Assembly: GCA_963736115.1 (NCBI GenBank) | Contig: CAVTNR010000002.1 | Coordinates: forward strand, 111,226-175,225 | Direction: 5' to 3' | DNA length: 64,000 nucleotides | Source: an uncultured bacterium | GTDB lineage: Bacteria; Zhuqueibacterota; QNDG01; DTFT01 | Shown here: piece after piece, positions 9,829 through 17,680 of the stretch | How positions within the stretch are numbered: the first letter of the stretch is position 1 | Layout: every line of letters begins with the position of its first letter | Notes under the pieces: model-generated | Told to the model about the DNA's origin: nothing | Seen by the model: only the letters and a program-made list of their open reading frames with translations | Database searches by the model: none | Position numbers and translations under genes: made by a program

Positions 9829-11298
9829 ATGAGTCGTCGTATGCTGAGTGTTCTTATGCTTCTCGCACTCGTTTCGTCCGTTTTCGCCAGCAACGGCACG
9901 CAGATCGGAACCGTCGGCGCCAAGTCCACTGCCATGGGCAGCGCGTTCCGCGGCCTGGCCGATGACTGGAGCGCCGTGTATTTCAACCCGGCCGGCGCCA
10001 CCCAGTTCGGCAAATGGGAAATCGGCTTTTCGGCCGGTATGATCATGCCGCGGGGCAGTTACGAAGCGTATCCGTATCCGGCCGCTCCGTTCGCGGGGAT
10101 GAAGACGGAAGAAGTGGATGCCGAAGCCAGAAACTTCCTGGTTCCGGCTCTGGGCATTTTCTACAAACCCTGTGAAAAATGGACGGTCGGTCTCGGAGTC
10201 TATGCCCCGAACGGCCTCGGCACCGAATGGGATCTGATGGACGTTCCGGCGGGGTACGGACCCTCCGCGATGACGAAGGAGAAAGAACACTTCAGCGACC
10301 ACCAGGTTATCGACATTCAGCCGACCGTGGCCTACAAAGTGACGGACAAGTTTTCCGTGGGTCTCGGCGTGAAATACACGTGGGGGAAGATGGTCCTCGA
10401 CCAGGTGGCCTTCCCGTTCAATCCGCTGCTCCCCCATGCGGCGACTCTTGCGACCTTCGGGCTCCCGTGGAGTGCAGACTACAATCGGCTCATCGCCGCA
10501 AGTAACCTCGACGGATCCGGATCCGCTTTTGGCGCGAACCTTGGACTCCTTTATAAATTTTCGGACAAGCTTTCGGTGGGTTTGAGCGGGCGTTACTCCA
10601 CGGACCTCAAGCTCAAGGGCAGCATGAAAACGAAGGTTATTCTGCCCACAAATGCGGCTTATTACAGTGCATTGGTGGCTGCGGCTCAGAATCCGGCGTA
10701 TGCCGCCTATGCGCCACTGCTTACCCAGGCCGCGGGCGCATTCTCCGGCGCCACCTATCTGGATGAGGACGTCGACGGCATCGAAGCCGCATTGCCCCTT
10801 CCGTGGGTGGCCGGCATCGGCGTCGCTTTCAAGCCGATCAGCAAGCTGACTCTCACCGCGGACGTTTCCATGACGAACTGGAGCGCCTGGGACCAAGTCG
10901 AAGTTAAGAAGGGCGACGATGTGCTCCAAACCCTCCTGCTCGACTGGGAAAATACGCTGGAAATCGGAATCGGCGCCGAATACCTGGCCTGGGACGCCGG
11001 ATGCAAGAAGCTGTTTGTCCGGGCCGGCGGATACACCGTGCCTTCCCCGGTGCCGGATGAAACGATGAATCCGACACTGCTCGATCCGAATACCCGCACG
11101 GTGATCACGGCCGGTCTCGGCCTGAACCTCGGCAAGCTCGCCCTGGACCTTGCGTACGAAAACGTCATGTTCGGGGAAAAGGAAATCGCGGAATACAATC
11201 CGGTCAATTCTCCGGACGGTATGTACGAAAATTTCGCCGGCAAGTACAATTTCAACGCGAACGTGTTCACGCTGGCGGTTTCGTATTCGATTCCGTAA
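9829..11298 (+). CDS. OmpP1/FadL/TodX family outer-membrane beta-barrel transport protein
   Basis: SD aaggaggagg, signal peptide, 'AMGSAFRGLADDWSAVYFNPAG' plug motif and amphipathic beta strands. Confidence 0.88.
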   Translation: MSRRMLSVLMLLALVSSVFASNGTQIGTVGAKSTAMGSAFRGLADDWSAVYFNPAGATQFGKWEIGFSAGMIMPRGSYEAYPYPAAPFAGMKTEEVDAEARNFLVPALGIFYKPCEKWTVGLGVYAPNGLGTEWDLMDVPAGYGPSAMTKEKEHFSDHQVIDIQPTVAYKVTDKFSVGLGVKYTWGKMVLDQVAFPFNPLLPHAATLATFGLPWSADYNRLIAASNLDGSGSAFGANLGLLYKFSDKLSVGLSGRYSTDLKLKGSMKTKVILPTNAAYYSALVAAAQNPAYAAYAPLLTQAAGAFSGATYLDEDVDGIEAALPLPWVAGIGVAFKPISKLTLTADVSMTNWSAWDQVEVKKGDDVLQTLLLDWENTLEIGIGAEYLAWDAGCKKLFVRAGGYTVPSPVPDETMNPTLLDPNTRTVITAGLGLNLGKLALDLAYENVMFGEKEIAEYNPVNSPDGMYENFAGKYNFNANVFTLAVSYSIP

Positions 11299-11328
11299 GG
11301 ATTTGATGAAAACTCAGGGGTAACAGAG

Positions 11329-11366
11329 AAACGCTCCGGGAGGTTCCGAACCTCCCGGAGCGTTTT
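11329..11366. terminator. Intrinsic terminator, likely bidirectional
   Basis: aaacgctccgggaggtt / aacctcccggagcgttt stem between convergent genes. Confidence 0.8.
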
Positions 11367-11452
11367 AATTATCGGATCATCATGACCCACCCCGGGATAT
11401 TTTGTTTCCGGAAGACCTGGAAGGCCGGCGGCCTTTCAGGTCAGACTCTTGC

Positions 11453-14400
11453 TCACCGCATCAGCAGCATCTTCCGCTGCTTCACGAAATCCCCGGCCTG
11501 AATCGAAATCACGTACACTCCGGACGCCACAGGCCGTCCGCTGTCGTCGCATCCATCCCATCTGGATTCGTAATAACCGGGATGGAAAGGCCCGTCCTCG
11601 AGAGTCCGCACGGTTCGGCCCCTCAGGTCGAATATCCTGAGTTTCACGGGTCCGGGCTTCGCCACCTGGAAGGGCACGGCCGTGGACGGGTTGAAGGGGT
11701 TCGGATAATTCGGCTCGAGCCCGAAACGATCCGGCGCTTCCCGACGGGTCTCCACGGCCGACGGTTCGAACCGGAAATGGTGGACATAATCGCACACCGT
11801 TGAATTGCCCTTGCTGTCCTGCGCCACCACGCCCCAGTAATAATCCCCCCCGGACCGCGGCGACACGAACAGCGTCGTGTCCGGAATGAGCGACATCTTG
11901 AAGATGCCGGGGCCGGTCAGGTCCGGCGAAGTGGTGAGGAGGAAGCTGTATTTCACGCCGTCCCCATGATCCGGATCCTGCGCCGCGCGCCACCGGAATT
12001 CCAGGGGGATGGGCCAGAGGTCGAGGGTCGTATCCTGCTGGGGATAGATCAGGGCAAAACGCTCGGGCGGATCCTCCACCGGCAGGACCTTGACCGTGAA
12101 GGTGTCCGCGTCGCTGATGCCGTAGGGGTCGATGGCCGTGATCACCACAACTTCCGTCCCGTTCCAATCCCTGCCGGGACGGATGGTCATGGTCCGTTCA
12201 GGGTAACTGACATCAAAAAACAGGTGATACGATCCAGTGAATTCGAAAATCATCGTTTCGATGGGGTCGTTGCGGTCCGCGACGTACTGCGCCAGCCAGC
12301 TGAAGGAATACGTCTGCGGCTCATCCTCCCTGAGGATCAGGTCCGGAAATCCGCTGACCACGGGCGGATCGTCCGGCACGTAGAACCGCCCGGTGATCGA
12401 CAGTGGTTTCGCCACTGTGACCGTCAGCGGGTTGTCCGCACTGGTGATGTCACCCCGCCAGTTCAGGAACGGGTGGGCCGTGTCTTCCGCAATAGCCGTC
12501 AGGGTCAGGCTGGTGCCGAGCGTGTACCAGTCGGCCGCCGGAGCCCGCAGAATACGCGCCCCCGGCACGCTGGCCGGAAAAACGGCCGTCTGCACCCGGC
12601 ACTGGGCGTCCCAGCGGGCCCGTTCGATGATGGGGCCCTGGACCGTGCACCGGATTTCCGGGGACGCGGACGTCACGGATCCCGGGCCCGTTCCGATCCA
12701 TCCCGCGAACCGCTGACGCGTGACGGACGTCACGGAAGCGGCTGTATCGATGCGCACCGTGGCCGAAACGCCGGAGGCGTACCACCCCTCGCCGGTGTGA
12801 GTGCCGTAATCCGACTGCACGTCGAGAAAATACTGAGCCCCGAATGTCGCGGTGATCCGCTGGGTGGTCCCCGTCACCGTGATGGTGTGGGTGCGCGGCA
12901 GGCCGTCGCTCCAGCCCTGGAAGGCGTACCGCGTCGACACGCCGTCACCCTGCAGGGAGTCGACGGACAGCGTGATCTGGGCCCCGGCCGTCTCGTCGAA
13001 TACGACAGGCGCCGCGGCTCCGACGCCGTTGACCTTGACGACCAGGCCCGTCGGATCCGTGTTGATGAACACATTGCCCTGCTTGAAATGGGCGGTCACG
13101 GACTTGGGGCCGTCCACGGCCAGAATCAGCGGATTGACCGTCCCCGAAGCCGCTCCCGACCAGCGGGAGAAACCGTATCCGAGATCCGCCCGCCCCACGG
13201 CCCGGAGCTCGACATTGCCGCCGGCCCTGCTCCATCCGGATCCGGAAGTGAAGGGCATGACCGAACCGGTTCCGGCCGGGTCGATCGTGATCGAGACCCG
13301 ATACTCCACATTCCATTCGGCCTCTTCGGTCACGGGATTGAGCATCAGAACCTCGCCCGCGGCGTCCGGCCCGGTATAGGACCCGGATCCGATTCCCTGC
13401 CAGCCGGCGAACCGGTTCCGGACTTCCGGACTGCTCTGCACCAGCGTGTCGCAGGAGAACTGCGCGCGCGTGCCTTCATTGTACCATCCCGTTCCCGCCG
13501 GCGTGCCGTATTCCGACACCACGACCAGCAGGTATTGCGTGCCCCACTGGGCGGTTTCGGTGATCGGCCCGCTGACCGTCACTGTCTTCTCCCGGATCGG
13601 TCCGGTGTAAGCGCCGGTTCCGCTTCCGAACCAGCCCGTGAACCGGACGCGCTTGCCGGTCTGAATCGCGACGGTCGAGTCGCAGACGATGACAGCCGTG
13701 CCGCCCTCCGCGTACCACCCTTCACCGGAAGGAGTCCCGTGTTCGGACACGATATCCAGAAAATATTCCACGCTCCACTCGGCCGTTTCAACGATCGGCC
13801 CTTGAACCGTAATGGTGGAGGGGTTCTGCGCGCCCGTGTATGCGCCCGCGCCGGTTCCGACCCACCGCACGAAACGGTTGCGCCGGCCCGGGCCGGTCGG
13901 AACGTCGGTGGTCACGGAAAACGTCGCCGTGCCGCCGGCCGCGACCCAGGCCGATCCGGTCGTCGTCCCGTACGCGCTGGTGACGCGTACATAGTATTCG
14001 CCCGCTCCCCAGAAGGCTTCCTGGATGATCGGGCCGTTCATCGTGACCGTGGCGTTCAACTGGGTACCGGAATAAGAGCCGCTGCCTGTGCCCTTCCAAT
14101 GATTGAACTGGTAGCGCGTGGTGCCCGCCTCGTCCAGAGCCGTGGCGTCCACGGAGATCGGCACCTGCGTTCCCGCGTCGTAGAAATCCGATCCCCTGGG
14201 ATGCGCGTTTTTCCCGCCGTCCAGCACGCCGAGGAAGTACTGGATCTTGTAATTGGCCGTATAGGTGGCCGGCGTGGTGCCCACCGTGATATTGTGCGCG
14301 ATGAGCCCGAGGTCGCTCCAGGACGTGTACAGGTACCGGGTGTCATCGGTGATATTCTGGATGAGCGGCGCTTCAATGGAATGGGTTGTGCCGTTGCCCC

Positions 14401-15886
14401 AGTAGAAGGTTTTCGGCGTGGTGTGCAGAACGCCGTCCACCTTGACCTGAAGCCCGGCGGGATTGGTCTGGAAGGTTACGGGAATGCCGGTGCCGACCTC
14501 CACTGTGGTGGCGTTTGTTCCGGATCCGCCGTCGTCGTCCGCGACCCTGAGTCCGATCGGGTAGGTGCCGACCGCGGTCCAGGTTTTCGTCGGATCCGGG
14601 CCGGTGAAATCGTCGTACTGGCCGTCATTGTCGAGATCCCAGGTGTAGGTCAGCACGTCCGCGGATCCCGGATCCGTCGCGGTTCCGTGGAGCTGGGCGG
14701 CGTAATTCACCACCGCGTAATAGGGCCCGCCCGCGTTCGCGGTCGGGGCCACGTTATTGATCGTGACGGACACGGTTTTCGGCGTGGAGCCGTCGCCGTC
14801 GCTGACGGTCACGACCGCGCTGAACGTGCCGTTGTCGGCGTATGCGTGCGTGGGGTTCTGAAGCGTCGAGGTGCCGCCGTCGCCGAATGCCCAGCTGTAG
14901 GTGAGCGGATCCGCGGCGCCCGCCGGATCCGTGGCCGTGCACGTGAAGGCGACCGCCGCGCCTTCGTTCTTGGGCGCATTGGACGAGGCTGTCACGGTCG
15001 GAAGGATGTTGTTGATAACGACCGAGATCGTCTTGCTTCCGGTTCCGCCGTCCCCGTCGCCCACCGTCAGCACCGCGGAATACGTCCCGTTGTCCGCGTA
15101 CGCGTGCGTCGGATTCTGAAGCGTCGAGGTGCCGCCGTCGCCGAAAGTCCAGCTGTACGTGATCGGGTCCGCGGCACCGGCCGGATCCGTGGCGCCTCCC
15201 GTGAAGGTCACGGTCTCGGTTTCGCCTTTCGGCGCATTGGACGATGCCGTCGGTATGGGCGCCACATTGGCGATGACGGCCGTAGTCGAAGAGGAATCCT
15301 TGACGCCGCTTCCGTTCGTGACGATGAGTTTGACAGCGTACGAGCCGTTGTCCGCATATGCGTGTGTGGTCATCACGCCCGTGCCCGTGGTGCCATCCCC
15401 AAAGCGCCAGAGGTACGAGACCGCGCCCGTGGAGCCCGATCCGTTGAACGAGACCGCGCTTCCCTCGTTTCCACTGTAGGGGCCGCCGGGAACCGCGTGC
15501 GGCGGCAGGTCCGGCACGTCGAGGTTGACGTTTTTAGGCACCAGATTGTTGAAAATGCTGTTGCCCGTGGCATTGGCGGTTTCGCCGTTGATGGTGAAAG
15601 TGATGGTGCCGCCCTCCGGAGCGCCCTCGTCGGCCGGGGGAGGGGTTGAGGCGTCGTCGCCCTTGACGTAGATCAGGAAGCTTCCGCCCGAGGCGATGTA
15701 TACATCGGACGTGCAGTCCTGGCCGCCCGCGTCTAAAGCCCGGATCACGTCGCCCGAATTGACGACCCGCCCCTTGTAAACCGCAATGCCGCTGAACTCG
15801 CAGAATTCACCGATGGCGAGCGCGGCTTCAGGGACGAGCATGCCCAGGATCGCGAGCCATCCCGGGATGAGTATTTTTTTCAGCAT
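11453..15886 (-). CDS. 1477-aa secreted protein: N-terminal 'GDD..T..DEGA' domain, 4 PKD domains, GxGWY beta repeats, Ig-like modules, C-terminal FlgD-Ig/T9SS-A-like sorting domain
   Basis: Signal peptide, three W.FGDG motifs plus WDLDNDG, repeated 'G.GWY..G...RF.GW.G.G.G.Y.G', and terminal NYPNPFNP...WDG...SGVY...KMLLMR. Confidence 0.85.
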   Translation of the reverse strand: MLKKILIPGWLAILGMLVPEAALAIGEFCEFSGIAVYKGRVVNSGDVIRALDAGGQDCTSDVYIASGGSFLIYVKGDDASTPPPADEGAPEGGTITFTINGETANATGNSIFNNLVPKNVNLDVPDLPPHAVPGGPYSGNEGSAVSFNGSGSTGAVSYLWRFGDGTTGTGVMTTHAYADNGSYAVKLIVTNGSGVKDSSSTTAVIANVAPIPTASSNAPKGETETVTFTGGATDPAGAADPITYSWTFGDGGTSTLQNPTHAYADNGTYSAVLTVGDGDGGTGSKTISVVINNILPTVTASSNAPKNEGAAVAFTCTATDPAGAADPLTYSWAFGDGGTSTLQNPTHAYADNGTFSAVVTVSDGDGSTPKTVSVTINNVAPTANAGGPYYAVVNYAAQLHGTATDPGSADVLTYTWDLDNDGQYDDFTGPDPTKTWTAVGTYPIGLRVADDDGGSGTNATTVEVGTGIPVTFQTNPAGLQVKVDGVLHTTPKTFYWGNGTTHSIEAPLIQNITDDTRYLYTSWSDLGLIAHNITVGTTPATYTANYKIQYFLGVLDGGKNAHPRGSDFYDAGTQVPISVDATALDEAGTTRYQFNHWKGTGSGSYSGTQLNATVTMNGPIIQEAFWGAGEYYVRVTSAYGTTTGSAWVAAGGTATFSVTTDVPTGPGRRNRFVRWVGTGAGAYTGAQNPSTITVQGPIVETAEWSVEYFLDIVSEHGTPSGEGWYAEGGTAVIVCDSTVAIQTGKRVRFTGWFGSGTGAYTGPIREKTVTVSGPITETAQWGTQYLLVVVSEYGTPAGTGWYNEGTRAQFSCDTLVQSSPEVRNRFAGWQGIGSGSYTGPDAAGEVLMLNPVTEEAEWNVEYRVSITIDPAGTGSVMPFTSGSGWSRAGGNVELRAVGRADLGYGFSRWSGAASGTVNPLILAVDGPKSVTAHFKQGNVFINTDPTGLVVKVNGVGAAAPVVFDETAGAQITLSVDSLQGDGVSTRYAFQGWSDGLPRTHTITVTGTTQRITATFGAQYFLDVQSDYGTHTGEGWYASGVSATVRIDTAASVTSVTRQRFAGWIGTGPGSVTSASPEIRCTVQGPIIERARWDAQCRVQTAVFPASVPGARILRAPAADWYTLGTSLTLTAIAEDTAHPFLNWRGDITSADNPLTVTVAKPLSITGRFYVPDDPPVVSGFPDLILREDEPQTYSFSWLAQYVADRNDPIETMIFEFTGSYHLFFDVSYPERTMTIRPGRDWNGTEVVVITAIDPYGISDADTFTVKVLPVEDPPERFALIYPQQDTTLDLWPIPLEFRWRAAQDPDHGDGVKYSFLLTTSPDLTGPGIFKMSLIPDTTLFVSPRSGGDYYWGVVAQDSKGNSTVCDYVHHFRFEPSAVETRREAPDRFGLEPNYPNPFNPSTAVPFQVAKPGPVKLRIFDLRGRTVRTLEDGPFHPGYYESRWDGCDDSGRPVASGVYVISIQAGDFVKQRKMLLMR
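14824..15193 (-). repeat. Near-identical tandem PKD-coding duplication (258-nt period)
   Basis: ATDPAGAADP.TYSW.FGDGGTSTLQNPTHAYADNGT is encoded twice with high DNA identity (~14824-14935 and ~15082-15193). Confidence 0.85.
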
Positions 15887-15900
15887 GACGGACCCCGACT

Positions 15901-17655
15901 TTATTTAAGCAGCAGGCATTTTCCGGTGCGGATTTCGCGGCCGGCTTTGAGCGCGTAAAAATAAACCCCGCTCGCCAGCGGGCGGCTCAGGTCGTCCTCC
16001 CCGTCCCACGACAGGGCGTGAAGACCCGGAGCCTGCGGGCCGGATGAGACCGTGCGGACACAGCGGCCCGCGGCGTCAAACACATCAAGCCGGACTTCCG
16101 CGGAACCGGACAGTTCGTACGTGAACTCGGTTCTCGAATTGAACGGGTTCGGGAAATTCCGGACCAACCGGATGCGGCCGGCCGCGGGATTCTCGCTCCG
16201 CTGACCGCGTATGCCGGAAGTGTCGGCCGCGAATTCGACCCGGTAGGATCCCTGCGGCGTCCAGACCGGTTTCGCATCCGGGATGATTTCCGTCTCATAG
16301 CAGAGGGACGCGCCCGACACCGCGGCCGGACGGCCGTTCACCGTAAACCGGACCTCCTCGCCCGGGCTCGCGCCTTCGTCGATTTCGGGCGTCATGGGGT
16401 CGTCCCCGGCCGCGGCCACCAGAAATATGCCGCCTTCCACCGCCAGGGTGTCTCCCAGGAATACACCGGATTGATCGTACACGCGTATCGTGTCGCCGGT
16501 CTGAAGCGCGCCGGGCTGCTGGCCCCAGAAATCGCACCATTCCGTCGTGACCGCGGGCGGCGATTCATCCAGAACCTTCCCCGGCTGTCCGGGACGGGCG
16601 GCCGAGATTTTGGGTACATATCCGGAAGAGGGAAAAACCAAAGTGCCAAAACTGGACATCCGCACCCAGTAGGCGAGCAGGGACGAGAGCTTGGACAGCG
16701 GGTTGATGATCCTGTGCCTCTGCCAGCTTCTCGGCGAACCCGTGGCCGCGACAAAGGTCCAGACATAGGAGTAAAAAGTGTCGATCGAGGCGTACGCGTG
16801 CGTGATGGTGTCCTGGCTCGCGGGCAGATACCCGATGAGATTGAGCCCCTTGATCATCTGGATGGGCGTGTTCACGGCGATTTCGGGTCCCGTCAGGGTC
16901 AGCGTCTGATTCGTTGCCGCGTTCAGCCGCATCCAGTACCCGTGCAGTCCGTCCAGGCTGGCCAGAGGATTGATCGGCCGGCCGAGCTGCCAGCTCTTCG
17001 GGTATCCGGAATAATAGCCCCATATATAGTTGACGGGAACGGACCCCAGAACCCCGGGCAAAGCGTCGTTCGCGGGCGTGACCGGAAAGGACACGAAATT
17101 GATGCCCGGGATCAGCTGAAGATTCACGGTTTTCGGCGAGGAACCGGCCGTGACCGTAAGCACGCCATTCGTCTTCGTGCCCATGGTCATCGCGCCCTGC
17201 AGATTGAACATCCGGACGTCGTGAATGCCGAGCGTATTCGTCTGGCCCACGGTATCCGTGACCAGGAACTGGAGCTTGACGAGAATGTAGGCGTCCGGTA
17301 CGGTCCGTTTGCCGGGCTGGTTGGTGGTGATGCCCACAATGAGCAACGTATCCCGCTTGATGCCCGAGGTCCGCTTGTCCGGCTTGATGCCCACGGTGGG
17401 GGCTCCCCAACTCGCGGTCATAGTGCCGGCCCCGGTGGCGCCCACCGCCTGTACGGCCGTGGGATCGAACAGGATGGCTGCCTGATAGGCGACGAGCGAG
17501 TCGGACACCAAGATCGTGTACCCGGAGGTCTGGAGCGGAATTTCGACCGTGGCGCCCCGCGCTACGCTGGTGTTCGGGATGGACACGGAAACCGCCGCCC
17601 GCAGGGATCCTGCGAGCGCCAGAATCAACGGCCAGACCCAATACTTTCTCGTCAT
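15901..17655 (-). CDS. 584-aa secreted protein: cohesin-like N-domain, two internal repeats, 'GDD..T..DEGA' domain, FlgD-Ig sorting domain
   Basis: 'VSIP...GATVEIPL...AILFDP...LVKLQF.V...NG.LTV' cohesin-like pattern, repeats 'L..G.N.....P...W.....NPL..L....YW.R', and terminal NFPNPFN...KCLLLK. Confidence 0.8.
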   Translation of the reverse strand: MTRKYWVWPLILALAGSLRAAVSVSIPNTSVARGATVEIPLQTSGYTILVSDSLVAYQAAILFDPTAVQAVGATGAGTMTASWGAPTVGIKPDKRTSGIKRDTLLIVGITTNQPGKRTVPDAYILVKLQFLVTDTVGQTNTLGIHDVRMFNLQGAMTMGTKTNGVLTVTAGSSPKTVNLQLIPGINFVSFPVTPANDALPGVLGSVPVNYIWGYYSGYPKSWQLGRPINPLASLDGLHGYWMRLNAATNQTLTLTGPEIAVNTPIQMIKGLNLIGYLPASQDTITHAYASIDTFYSYVWTFVAATGSPRSWQRHRIINPLSKLSSLLAYWVRMSSFGTLVFPSSGYVPKISAARPGQPGKVLDESPPAVTTEWCDFWGQQPGALQTGDTIRVYDQSGVFLGDTLAVEGGIFLVAAAGDDPMTPEIDEGASPGEEVRFTVNGRPAAVSGASLCYETEIIPDAKPVWTPQGSYRVEFAADTSGIRGQRSENPAAGRIRLVRNFPNPFNSRTEFTYELSGSAEVRLDVFDAAGRCVRTVSSGPQAPGLHALSWDGEDDLSRPLASGVYFYALKAGREIRTGKCLLLK

Positions 17656-17680
17656 TTTTATCTCCCATCTCGGGATAAAC

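Noticed and set aside
11966-15649. 1227-aa plus-strand ORF, and similar long antisense ORFs such as 24237-26810, 20671-22251 and 33140-34900
   Set aside because: These are antisense shadows of high-GC genes, rich in Arg/Gly/Val, with no motifs or SD. The opposite strand has clear domain structure.
15901-17655. True cellulosome
   Set aside because: There is only one cohesin-like domain, and no dockerin repeats or glycoside hydrolases were recognised in the window.
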